Part shown: positions 15,976 to 24,877 of the stretch, one piece after another
How the letters are laid out: each line of letters begins with the position of its first letter
Numbering within the stretch: position 1 is the first letter of the stretch
Source of the DNA: a virus
Lineage: Duplodnaviria; Caudoviricetes
Direction: 5' to 3' (one strand)
IMG/VR virus record: IMGVR_UViG_3300048762_000473
Span: 1-27,095 of that record
DNA: 27,095 nucleotides
Notes under the pieces: generated by a model
What the model was told of the DNA's origin: nothing
Seen by the model: the letters and a program-made list of their open reading frames with translations, nothing else
Databases searched by the model: none
Translations under genes and position numbers: made by a program

Positions 15976-16095
15976 CACAAGTGCGAAGAGAAGTAACCAC
16001 TGTTTCCGTCATTGTATCAAAAAAATTGGATCAAGACAAGATTGCTGTTTCTTGCTTGGTCGACTGCATGTGGGAGCTAAAAGAACGACTCTGTA

Positions 16096-16329
16096 TCAGT
16101 AGGTCTGATTTTGAGCTTTCTTAACACGCTCTGTCTCGTCATCAGTAGCTTCTTTTGTTAGTTTAGCATCTTGATCAGTAGCTTTTTTGGTGCTTTTAGC
16201 ATCTTGGTCACTAGTTTTTTTGGTGCTTTTAGCATCTTGGTCACTAGTTTTTTTGATTCGTTCAGCCTCTTGGTCTTTGGCTTTTTTGATTCGTTCAGCC
16301 TCTTTTTTATCTAAATCTATTTGAGTCAT
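16096..16329 (-). CDS. Small hydrophilic protein built from 11-aa tandem repeats
   Basis: Six units such as KDQEAERIKKT / SDQDAKSTKKT / TDQDAKLTKEA; has its own GAGG SD and an upstream TTTAAAAA box on the - strand. Confidence 0.7.
   Translation of the reverse strand: MTQIDLDKKEAERIKKAKDQEAERIKKTSDQDAKSTKKTSDQDAKSTKKATDQDAKLTKEATDDETERVKKAQNQTY
16113..16311. repeat. 33-bp tandem repeat (about 6 degenerate units)
   Basis: TTTTTTGGTGCTTTTAGCATCTTGGTCACTAGT occurs exactly at 16183-16215 and 16216-16248; flanking units are diverged. Confidence 0.9.
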
Positions 16330-16389
16330 AAGATGGTTTCCTCATTATACTAAAGTTTTTTAAACTAAAAAGTCTTTAGCTGAGAAACT

Positions 16390-16422
16390 GTGCAATAAGG
16401 GTTTTAAGCATTTTTTGTGATA
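16390..16422 (+). promoter_or_regulatory. Late-promoter motif copy 7 (leaderless tail tube 1)
   Basis: GTGCAATAAGGGTTTTAAGCATTTTTTGTGATA; ATG 16433 lies about 24 nt after the TATA-like box with no SD. Confidence 0.8.
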
Positions 16423-16432
16423 AACTGTTTTT

Positions 16433-16822
16433 ATGTCAACTCCATTGTTAGGACGGAATGCTCGCTTATACAAAGACGGCAGCCCGATTGGGTTCTGCAA
16501 AAATATTTCTGTGAAGGCTTCTGCTGAACTTATCAAAGAATACAGTATGGACTCCTTGGTGCCCGCTGTCATAGGCGCTGGAAAACAATCTTTCACCTGG
16601 AGTGCTGAGCGACTTTTCACTGATGATACTTACGTTGCTTTGCTTTTGGCTGGAACCCAGTTTGACCTAGTGTTTAACCCTGATGGAACTCCTCAAGATG
16701 CCGATTTAGCTGAGACTTGGACTAACTGCACTATTCTTTCGTGTGAAAGAACTGCAGGCGAAAGTGGCGGTTTGCTTGAGAAGATTTCTGGCGAAGCAGA
16801 AAGCGTAACAACTCCAGCCTAA
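16433..16822 (+). CDS. Major tail tube protein, paralog 1
   Basis: 129-aa beta-rich protein (GRNARL...IG..KNISVK...GKQSFTWS) upstream of the chaperone and tape measure genes. Confidence 0.8.
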   Translation: MSTPLLGRNARLYKDGSPIGFCKNISVKASAELIKEYSMDSLVPAVIGAGKQSFTWSAERLFTDDTYVALLLAGTQFDLVFNPDGTPQDADLAETWTNCTILSCERTAGESGGLLEKISGEAESVTTPA

Positions 16823-16845
16823 ACGCCTAGTATAGTTTTTTGTCT

Positions 16846-16878
16846 ATGCAATAGGGTTTTTATGCATTTTTCATGATA
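16846..16878 (+). promoter_or_regulatory. Late-promoter motif copy 8 (tail tube 2 operon)
   Basis: ATGCAATAGGGTTTTTATGCATTTTTCATGATA, followed by GGAG SD and ATG 16913. Confidence 0.8.
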
Positions 16879-16912
16879 ATTCGTTTTTATCATATGGAGA
16901 GATTAATTTAAA

Positions 16913-17305
16913 ATGTCTATACCTGTACTTGGAAGAAACGCCCGACTTATCAAGGGCAATACACCAATCGGTTATGGCAAGAACATATCCGTAAAAGCGT
17001 CTGCTGAATTGATAAAAGAGTATAGTATGGATGCGTTGACTCCTGCGGTTTCTGGATCTGGAAAACAAAGCTTCACTTGGAGCATGGAACGCTTATTCAC
17101 AGACAAAACATATCTCGACTTGCTCATCAATGGAACCCTATTCGACCTAGTCTTTGCCCCCGAAGGTACACCCACGGCAGGAACCAAATATGAAACATGG
17201 AACGACTGTGTTATCCTCTCATGCGAGCGAACCGCTGGGGAAACTGGCGGGGTCCTTGAAAAAATCAGTGGTGAATCAGGTTCAATTACGTTCCCTCCAG
17301 CATAA
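16913..17305 (+). CDS. Major tail tube protein, paralog 2
   Basis: 92 of 129 residues identical to paralog 1 in an ungapped hand alignment. Confidence 0.8.
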   Translation: MSIPVLGRNARLIKGNTPIGYGKNISVKASAELIKEYSMDALTPAVSGSGKQSFTWSMERLFTDKTYLDLLINGTLFDLVFAPEGTPTAGTKYETWNDCVILSCERTAGETGGVLEKISGESGSITFPPA

Positions 17306-17323
17306 CCTTGGTTAGTGATTTAG

Positions 17324-17800
17324 ATGACTCCAGAAACCAAAGATAATAAGGCTAAATCTGCCCCTAAGGATTTCACCGTTAAAACTAATTGGGAGGAGCA
17401 AGCTGAGGCAGACGACCTTAAGCGAGCGAAAGCTGATTCAGCTCAGAGGCGAATATTCGACCCCGTTAAGCTTACTCAGAACTCCAACCTAATCCATGAG
17501 GAGGAAGATAGCAACCTTGGATTCATCAAATATGGTGAACTCACCCTCCACGATGCCTTCATTATCGAGCGATGCAAAACAGACCAGGATAAAACCTCGA
17601 TGGCTGCTTACCTGATGCTTAAGAAAGGCAACCCTGACATGCCGGTTTACACTCCTGAAACCATCGTTGAATGGGAGAAAACAATGCCGATGGCTGAAGG
17701 CGCTATGCTTCTGCTATTCATACGGAGAACGCCTGCTTTTTTACGAACGCAATCGGTGCCTGGCTCACAAAAAACCACGATGCCCAAAACATCGCCTTAG
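17324..17800 (+). CDS. Tail assembly chaperone (gpG-like)
   Basis: Located between the tail tube and tape measure genes; slippery T-TTT-TTA near the 3' end. Confidence 0.75.
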   Translation: MTPETKDNKAKSAPKDFTVKTNWEEQAEADDLKRAKADSAQRRIFDPVKLTQNSNLIHEEEDSNLGFIKYGELTLHDAFIIERCKTDQDKTSMAAYLMLKKGNPDMPVYTPETIVEWEKTMPMAEGAMLLLFIRRTPAFLRTQSVPGSQKTTMPKTSP

Positions 17801-17910
17801 TCCTCAAAGCCTTTCCCCAATACACTCTTGAATCAATTGGGAGATTAACCATCTTTCAATTTCGGTATTTGGTTTCAGCATCTAAATGGTTAAAGGAGAC
17901 TAACCAATGA
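17737..17910 (+). CDS. Tail chaperone -1 frameshift extension (gpGT-like)
   Basis: The -1 frame from the heptamer at 17737-17743 reads FFTNAIGAWLTKNHDAQNIALVLKAFPQYTLESIGRLTIFQFRYLVSASKWLKETNQ; its TGA overlaps the tape measure ATG. Confidence 0.8.
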   Translation, partial: FFTNAIGAWLTKNHDAQNIALVLKAFPQYTLESIGRLTIFQFRYLVSASKWLKETNQ

Positions 17911-20651
17911 GCGACAACAGCATCCTAATCGATATTCAAGCAACTGACAACGCTAGTTCTGTTATTTCAGGTGTCTCTAACACACTTGTTGCCAGTTTTA
18001 AGAATGTCGATGCAGCTTCTGCAGGGTTAGCTTCCTCAGTCAATTCTGCAATCGCTCCTTTATCTCAAGTTGAGCAGGCCCAGTTAGGTTCAGCTGATGC
18101 TTCAATACATCTTCAAGATGCCCAAACTCAGCTTAGTTCTAAGCAAGCTAACCTTAGTAATGCTGTAAGGCAATATGGCGTTGACAGTGAGCAAGCCACC
18201 GTTGCTCTCAGGGATTTTAACAGTGCCCAATCCCAAGTTGCATCCCTCACTCCTCAAATTACCTCAGCAATAGAACAGCAATCAATCAACTACAAGGATT
18301 TAGCCATAAGTGTTTCAGGAGTTGCCACAGCCAGCTTCGGCCTTTACATGGCTTATGATAGTGTTGAGAAAGCCAGCGTTCAAGTTGACCGCGCAAACAT
18401 TCTAGTTAAATCCAGCACTAACACTGCTGAGAAAGCTCAAACCGCTTACAACGAAGCCGTAGCTAAATATGGAGCTAACAGCGCTGAGGCTGTTCAGAAA
18501 GCCACCGACCTCGGAATCGCCAATGACCGAGCTGCCCTTGCTACTGAACGCGCTCAAATGTCTGAAGACAACTATTCTAACTCTATGACGCGTGGAGCGT
18601 TAATGGTTATTCCTTCAGTTATCACCTTAACCGCTGGTTTATCTAGCGCTGTGAAAACCCTTTCTGATTCAGAAGGCATCGGGGCTGTTGCTGAAACCGC
18701 TTTGTCATGGGCTAAGATGCTTGCCGTGGCTCCAACCGCAACCCTCACAGCAGGCATGATTGGTTTAGATGCGGCTATGGATGCGAACCCAGTTGCCGTT
18801 GTTGTTTTAGCCATAGCTGCTTTAGTCGCTATCTTCATCGCCGCCTACACCTACATAGCCCCATTTAGGGATGCAGTGAATAGTGTAGGGTCAGCTATAA
18901 TGAACGCCCTCAAACCCGCTATCGATGTTATCGTTGGAGGTTTGACGTGGCTCTGGAACAATGTCCTTGTTCCCTTGGGAAATTTCCTTCTTGAGGTTTT
19001 CATTAAGAATCTCGAGGCAGTTGCTGCCGCTATCAAGTGGGTTTCTGATGGGATAGGCGCCATTGCTGGGTGGATAGGTGATTCATGGGCGAAGCTCACA
19101 GGCACTTTCAAGGATTCAGTTGCCCAGGGGATGGCTGATCAACTCGCTGTGGTCGAGAAGGGTTTAGCTGACCAAACCGCTGAGGTCAACAAGAAATATG
19201 ATGAGATGGTTTCCACAGTTGAAACCGCTTATACCGATGAAACCAATGCTGCGCTCGCTTCATGGAATAGCCGCCTTACCCAAGAGGTTACAGGTTGGGA
19301 TAAAGTCCTCAAGACTGCTAATGAGCAGAGCGATGCCTTGGTCGATGCTGTTACCTCAGGTTTGAAAGACACCGAGTCCTCAATTAACGATGGCTACGAC
19401 TCCCAACTCAAATCTCAGCAATCGGCATATAGCGACCAACTCGCAGGAATCAATAGTTTCTATGATGATGTCATAGCCACGACCCAAGACAAGCTTAATG
19501 CCATCAAGAATGCAAGGTCAACTGACCTCGATAACCTCGAACTCAACTACCTCCTACAGAAGCAAGCTATGGAAGGCACCCTCAACTCCTACGGAAGTAC
19601 CCTTACTGTTGAGCAGAAGCAGTCAGTCCTCTCAGCATTGGAGAAAACCTACAATGACAAGCGAAGCGACATCTCTGATAATTACAGAATCCAAGAACTC
19701 GAAGCCGAGAAAACCAACGATGCCAATATCGAGCAGGCTAACAAGGACAGGGCAGCCGCTCTCCTCGCCGCAGGGAACACTGAGATAGCCGCTGAATTAG
19801 CTCTCCTCAATTCCAAGAACTCCCAGTTAGCAGCAGCCGAGGTCGTTGCCAACGGTAAAATCGCCCAAATTAACAGGGACAGGAACGCCACTCTCAAGGA
19901 AATAATGAATGACAGGGACACTATTGAAAGCCAGCATACTGCTGAACTTAAGCTCATAGCTCAAAACCGTGAAGATGACCTCACAGCCATCGCCCGTACA
20001 GCGGCTTTGGAAAGGGAGCTTATAGCCAAGAACTCCAACGCATTAATCGCAGGGTACAATGGCACAGTTACAATCACAAGCCCTGGCGCTGCACCACTCA
20101 CAGTTCCTTCATCACCCGCAACTTCCCCCCTGCCACCTGAGCCTGGTTCAGCTAATGCACCTGGCGGTGTTAATTCTCCATGGCAACCTTCAACAACTCC
20201 AGCTCCAGCAGGCACCTTCTTCCCGATAGCCACAGCTCTCTCCCAGATGCTTTCCGCTTACCCATCTGCTTCAGGACCTCAAAACCTCGCTGACAAACTC
20301 GCCCTTATAACAATGCAGAACGGAGGCAAGTACAATGACGCAACTACCCTCGCACTCATGCTTTCCCAGAGTAAAGGTTGGTCAAGCGCTCAGCTCTCAG
20401 CTTTTGATGCATTAATACCTAGATTTGCTGAGGGAGGAACTGTTGATTCTCCTATGCTTGCTTTGATAGGTGAAGCTGGACCTGAGCGAGTTACTCCTCT
20501 CTCTAAGTTTAGTGAGTCCTCTCAATCTAACCAAACTAACACTATCTATGTTAACATTAACATTGGGGATATCTCGGCTGAAGTTGACCTTGACGATGTC
20601 AAGAAAGCCGTCATAGGCGGGGTAGTTATCGGCGTGGGGAGAAGAAGCTAA
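17907..20651 (+). CDS. Tape measure protein
   Basis: N-terminal I.I.A.D.AS, Ala-rich coiled coils, ANPV+hydrophobic segment, Trp-spaced amphipathic repeats and C-terminal FAEGG.V..P.LALIGEAGPE.V.PL. Confidence 0.93.
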   Translation: MSDNSILIDIQATDNASSVISGVSNTLVASFKNVDAASAGLASSVNSAIAPLSQVEQAQLGSADASIHLQDAQTQLSSKQANLSNAVRQYGVDSEQATVALRDFNSAQSQVASLTPQITSAIEQQSINYKDLAISVSGVATASFGLYMAYDSVEKASVQVDRANILVKSSTNTAEKAQTAYNEAVAKYGANSAEAVQKATDLGIANDRAALATERAQMSEDNYSNSMTRGALMVIPSVITLTAGLSSAVKTLSDSEGIGAVAETALSWAKMLAVAPTATLTAGMIGLDAAMDANPVAVVVLAIAALVAIFIAAYTYIAPFRDAVNSVGSAIMNALKPAIDVIVGGLTWLWNNVLVPLGNFLLEVFIKNLEAVAAAIKWVSDGIGAIAGWIGDSWAKLTGTFKDSVAQGMADQLAVVEKGLADQTAEVNKKYDEMVSTVETAYTDETNAALASWNSRLTQEVTGWDKVLKTANEQSDALVDAVTSGLKDTESSINDGYDSQLKSQQSAYSDQLAGINSFYDDVIATTQDKLNAIKNARSTDLDNLELNYLLQKQAMEGTLNSYGSTLTVEQKQSVLSALEKTYNDKRSDISDNYRIQELEAEKTNDANIEQANKDRAAALLAAGNTEIAAELALLNSKNSQLAAAEVVANGKIAQINRDRNATLKEIMNDRDTIESQHTAELKLIAQNREDDLTAIARTAALERELIAKNSNALIAGYNGTVTITSPGAAPLTVPSSPATSPLPPEPGSANAPGGVNSPWQPSTTPAPAGTFFPIATALSQMLSAYPSASGPQNLADKLALITMQNGGKYNDATTLALMLSQSKGWSSAQLSAFDALIPRFAEGGTVDSPMLALIGEAGPERVTPLSKFSESSQSNQTNTIYVNINIGDISAEVDLDDVKKAVIGGVVIGVGRRS

Positions 20652-21031
20652 TGGCTTGGTCGATAGGTTCAATCACTTTACCTTCAGGTCCCAAGGATAT
20701 CGCTGATGATTCTGACTGCGAGACTGATTCTCTTCCGCTTGACGGAGCTGAGTCCATAGTCTTTGCAACTGCCCCTGGTATGAGGATAGTTTCTTGGTCA
20801 GGCAGCTTATTTGACTCTTCAAGCCCTACTAAAGCCGATTTAGAATCTGACTATTGCGCTGCCCTTAGGGGATTCCAAGGGACTTCTCAATCAGTGGTTT
20901 CTCCAAGTGGAGCTTATACCGGTACATGGTTCATTAAGAAAGTCACATTATCTGAGCAGGCGGAAGGCACCTTAGCCCGCATCAGCTACACCATAATTAT
21001 GTGGCAAGGTTCATTCACGGAGGTTCTTTGA
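20651..21031 (+). CDS. Distal tail (Dit-like) protein, paralog 1
   Basis: 126-aa beta-rich protein directly after the tape measure gene (TAATG coupling). Confidence 0.65.
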   Translation: MAWSIGSITLPSGPKDIADDSDCETDSLPLDGAESIVFATAPGMRIVSWSGSLFDSSSPTKADLESDYCAALRGFQGTSQSVVSPSGAYTGTWFIKKVTLSEQAEGTLARISYTIIMWQGSFTEVL

Positions 21032-21034
21032 TTT

Positions 21035-21427
21035 ATGCCCGCTCCCTTAACTTGGACTATTGGAGATGTAGAGTTTCCCTTTAGTCCCTCCCAGATAAAT
21101 GACGAGAATGAGAGCGTGACCGAGTCTTTTGATTTAGACGGTGTTGCTGCAGGGATATTTGCAACCGCTCAAGGTGTTCGGGTTGTTCAAATCTCAGGCA
21201 GTATCGCCCTCGAAGGTTTAGATAAAGCCGCTATCGAAGCCGCTTATTCCGCTCCCCTTCGAGCTTACCAAGGCACATCCCAAACCGTTGAGTCTCCCTC
21301 AGGAGCCTATGATGGCGATTGGTTAGTCAAGAAGGTTTCATTTAAGGAGCAAGCCGAAGGCGCTTCACTCTCCCGCATAATCTACTCAATAACTCTCTGG
21401 AAACCCTCTGTTTTGGTGGTTCTTTAA
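21035..21427 (+). CDS. Distal tail (Dit-like) protein, paralog 2
   Basis: Shares W.IG, LDG, FATA.G.R, QGTSQ.V.SPSGAY.G.W..KKV, EQAEG and RI.Y.I..W with paralog 1. Confidence 0.65.
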   Translation: MPAPLTWTIGDVEFPFSPSQINDENESVTESFDLDGVAAGIFATAQGVRVVQISGSIALEGLDKAAIEAAYSAPLRAYQGTSQTVESPSGAYDGDWLVKKVSFKEQAEGASLSRIIYSITLWKPSVLVVL

Positions 21428-21428
21428 C

Positions 21429-23954
21429 ATGGTTGCTAAATGGATTCTTGAATACTTCATTGCTCCCTCAACTTGGATTCCGCTTCAAGCTAAGTTCAAC
21501 CAAACCGTTGAAGAGCTTAATGGTCACGAGCAAGGAGACATCACCCTTCCCAACACCTCAGCTAACAGGGCGATAGTTGCCTCCAATAAGACAGTTAGGA
21601 TTTCCTTTGACACTCATGTCATTTACACGGGTCAGCTCTCAGCCCTTTCATACAGCGCCGCCCAGCTCAAATGCGTTCTCTACAATGCGGTTTATGAGGC
21701 TATGAAAGCGAAGACTATCACAGCCGATTATTCCGCTGGAGAAGCCGCCGATGTTATCTTTGCCGCTATCTGCGCAGCTGCGGGAGTCACAGTGGGGGCT
21801 TGCCCGTCAACCACTATCGCTGTGAGGTTCATCGATGCCGAATGCTATACCTCAGCTATGTTCCTTGCTGATGTCCTCAACTCTAACTATTACGCTTCAG
21901 GCGGCACCTTCACCATCGGGGCTGTTGGTTCCCTCAAGACTGCATCCCATTACAAGATTCAGAGCCGAGGCATAGACCGCGCCAAGAAGCGCGATAAGGT
22001 GAGGGTTAGGGGAGTCAGCTCGGCTGGCATCCCAATCACAGGCGAAGCGGGCACAGGCACCGATGTCAAGGTTTACATTGAGAACAAGGTTTCCGACCAA
22101 GCCTCCCTTGACAGCCTCGCCGCCAAATACCTTGCCGACCTCAACACCGACAGCCAAGGAGCCCCACTCGTCTTTCCAATCACTGAAGCCTATGATTTCC
22201 ACCCTGGCGACACCTTCGCCGTCACCAATGCCCGCTACAACCTCGCTGGCACCTACGCCATGAAAAGCATAACTAAAACCTCCACCAAGGTTACGGTTGC
22301 CCTTGATGTCGCGCCCCAAACGCTTGAGCAGATGATAGTTGACTTCCAGAAGTATGAGGACTATGGCATCTACGGAGGATTAATCCCCACTACCCTGAGC
22401 CACCAAAACCTTGAACTCTACCTATACATGAATGAAGGTCAGGATATCTACATCGCAGATTACGGCCCGTTCTGGAGACAGGGAATCGGTTACGCCATCA
22501 CTTGGGGAGCTGAGGGCAACATTTGCACCTTTGACGGCACTTCCTCCTTCATCAATTGCGGAAACGACTTCGACCCAGAGGGCACTGACCAACTCACCGT
22601 CATGGCTTGGATAACACCTATTACTCCAGCCGCTCCCGAGAAAGCTTATGTAATATACAGAGATAATTTTAGCCTTAAATGTACTGAAAATAACACTGTA
22701 ACTGCAGGAATTGTAACTGCTGGTCACGGTTGGACTCTACTAACAACTCCAGTCGGCTCAATCCCCGAGGGAGTTCGAACATTCGTCCTGATGAGGTACA
22801 ATGGTTCTAAACTTCAAATATTTATTAATGGAAGTCTATCAGTCGAGAGGGCTATAACTGGACTTCTCTCTTGGGTTTCATTTATGCCTATGCTGATAGG
22901 AGCTATGACCCATGTCGATGGTTTTTACAAGGGAGGTTTAGATCACATAGCCGTGTTCAGCCGATTCATCACTGATAGGGAAATAGCCGACATCTACTTC
23001 TACAACGGCATTCTCAACCCTCCTCCATATCACGCCGTTAACAACCTTGACCTCTCGGGTTTAGAGCTTCTTATCCACGCCAATGAAGGTTCAGGAGCTG
23101 CAATCACAGATTCCCTTGGAAAGGGCTATGTTGGAGCAATCCATGGAGCCGCATGGTCAGCCGACGCAATTCCAAAATTGACCTTTGCCGCCACTGATTA
23201 TGTTGAGGTTCCTCAAGTTCTCCCAATTGAGGGTTTAGGAGCTATCTCCGTTGGAGCATGGGTAAAACCCAGTTCCCTCGGCGACAAGAACTACCTTATC
23301 AAGAATGCACAGTTTTCAATTCAGCTTAAGGATGATGGGGTTTGGGTGACGATTGCAGGCAACACCGTAACAGCTCAGTTTGAGCTTGTTCAGTTAAACG
23401 AGCGCATATTCGTCATGGGAGTTTATGATGGGGCGCATCTTATAGTTTATGTTAATGGCACTGAGCGAATGAGGGAAGATCAGACAGGTACTATTGGTTC
23501 AGCCGCAGGCTCCACCTTCATTGGAGCCATAGATGATACAGGGCAGAAAGCTCTCAACGGCTACCTTCAAGAAATTATGGTTTGGACCAGAGGACTAAGT
23601 AGAGAAGAGGTGGTAATGCTCTACTTTTTTCCCCTTACTCAGATTATAGGCGGCGGAGGAGGCGCAATCTCTGGTTGGATACTCACGGTTTCTCATGGAG
23701 CAGGCGCTTCCTGCAGCCCCGAAGGAGTAGTGAACGTGGGGTCTGGGCAAAGCGTCCAAGTGGAAGTCACAATCACCCCAGGCTCAGGGTATTGGTTCAG
23801 CGGCTGGTTCCTCGATGGGCATGGAGCAGGCAAAGACAACCCACTTATAATCGCTTCTAAGCCCGACGGCAGCATCCACACGCTTGTTGCACAAACCTCA
23901 AGTCCAAGTAACAAAAACACAAGATTCTATATAGTGAATATTCCGCCAGTGTAA
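21429..23954 (+). CDS. Tail hub/tip protein with two LamG (concanavalin A-like) domains and a C-terminal InlB B-repeat-like domain
   Basis: N-terminal ~310 aa hub-like; two copies of L.....NEG.G....D...F....Y/F...T/SV.AW..P...Y.G..L..Y/F.NG...IGA...G.L......R.L...E; C-terminal GYWFSGWFLDG. Confidence 0.8.
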   Translation: MVAKWILEYFIAPSTWIPLQAKFNQTVEELNGHEQGDITLPNTSANRAIVASNKTVRISFDTHVIYTGQLSALSYSAAQLKCVLYNAVYEAMKAKTITADYSAGEAADVIFAAICAAAGVTVGACPSTTIAVRFIDAECYTSAMFLADVLNSNYYASGGTFTIGAVGSLKTASHYKIQSRGIDRAKKRDKVRVRGVSSAGIPITGEAGTGTDVKVYIENKVSDQASLDSLAAKYLADLNTDSQGAPLVFPITEAYDFHPGDTFAVTNARYNLAGTYAMKSITKTSTKVTVALDVAPQTLEQMIVDFQKYEDYGIYGGLIPTTLSHQNLELYLYMNEGQDIYIADYGPFWRQGIGYAITWGAEGNICTFDGTSSFINCGNDFDPEGTDQLTVMAWITPITPAAPEKAYVIYRDNFSLKCTENNTVTAGIVTAGHGWTLLTTPVGSIPEGVRTFVLMRYNGSKLQIFINGSLSVERAITGLLSWVSFMPMLIGAMTHVDGFYKGGLDHIAVFSRFITDREIADIYFYNGILNPPPYHAVNNLDLSGLELLIHANEGSGAAITDSLGKGYVGAIHGAAWSADAIPKLTFAATDYVEVPQVLPIEGLGAISVGAWVKPSSLGDKNYLIKNAQFSIQLKDDGVWVTIAGNTVTAQFELVQLNERIFVMGVYDGAHLIVYVNGTERMREDQTGTIGSAAGSTFIGAIDDTGQKALNGYLQEIMVWTRGLSREEVVMLYFFPLTQIIGGGGGAISGWILTVSHGAGASCSPEGVVNVGSGQSVQVEVTITPGSGYWFSGWFLDGHGAGKDNPLIIASKPDGSIHTLVAQTSSPSNKNTRFYIVNIPPV

Positions 23955-23967
23955 GGAGAGACCTGTA

Positions 23968-24858
23968 ATGCCAATAATTGGAGCTAACGTCGAGATTCGG
24001 AACCAAGATGGTGTAACCATAGCTACCGCAGTCACCGATGGCGACGGAAAATGCGACATTTACCTCAACCAAGGCACCTACACAGTCATCGTGACTAAGA
24101 CAGGGTACCAAACCACTCAATACACCATAGTCGTGAACGACGACAACACTCAGCTCGACTTCAACTTACCTACATTCAACATAGGTTCAGTTACTTCCCC
24201 ATTAATCCAGCTTCAAATAACTGAGGCTTTAACAGGCAACAAAGTGCCTTTGCTTTCTTTATCAATGTCTGAATCTTTGAACTGCACCCAAGGCGGTTTG
24301 ATGGCGGCTAAAACAGTTTTAGAAACCTTAACCTTCGCCATTAACCCTGGCGTCTGGCTTATCTTAATTGAGACTGTAAACTTCATTCTCCCCTTCAACG
24401 GCATAGTCACCCCAAACGGCGACCAAATCATAGTTGTAGGCGGAACACTCCCCACAACAGCCACCACTAAGCAGTATAGCCTTTACGGTTATGAGTACCA
24501 AGACAACGCTATCGTCAACAACACCGGTGTCAACTACGAGTTAGTGAACGTCGCCCACAACTACACTATCCCAGCTCAGACTCAGGGGACAAGGCACATT
24601 TTCCTCGTGGTCTTCTATGGCGCTTGGGAATGCACATTAGGCACCTCAGGCGCTGGCACAATAAACTTGGCTTCAGGCACCTATGAAGTCCGCTCTGGGG
24701 GCGGCATGCCATCTGTTACAGCCACCGCTAACGGCGGCAGCCACTTCGTCAACTGGAGACTTGACGGAGTAATCATGAGTACAAACACTGCATACGCTTG
24801 CCCAGCTCAAGGCGACGCCACCAGCCACACTTTAACGGCGAACTTCGCCACCCCATAA
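23968..24858 (+). CDS. Ig-like adhesin/tail appendage (carboxypeptidase-regulatory-like domain plus B-repeat-like domains)
   Basis: PIIGANVEI...TDGDG....L..GTYTV.VTKTGY at the N-terminus; VTATANGGSHFVNWRLDG...HTLTANF at the C-terminus. Confidence 0.7.
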   Translation: MPIIGANVEIRNQDGVTIATAVTDGDGKCDIYLNQGTYTVIVTKTGYQTTQYTIVVNDDNTQLDFNLPTFNIGSVTSPLIQLQITEALTGNKVPLLSLSMSESLNCTQGGLMAAKTVLETLTFAINPGVWLILIETVNFILPFNGIVTPNGDQIIVVGGTLPTTATTKQYSLYGYEYQDNAIVNNTGVNYELVNVAHNYTIPAQTQGTRHIFLVVFYGAWECTLGTSGAGTINLASGTYEVRSGGGMPSVTATANGGSHFVNWRLDGVIMSTNTAYACPAQGDATSHTLTANFATP

Positions 24859-24877
24859 ATAATGGAGAGAACCCGAA

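Noticed and set aside
16113-16311. 33-bp repeats as a possible CRISPR or mini-array
   Set aside because: The units are directly adjacent with no unique spacers and keep an 11-codon reading frame; this is a coding tandem repeat.
15976-17305. Contractile tail or tailocin-like system suggested by two tube genes
   Set aside because: No sheath or baseplate wedge (gpJ/gp25-like) genes were recognised, and a complete head module is present.
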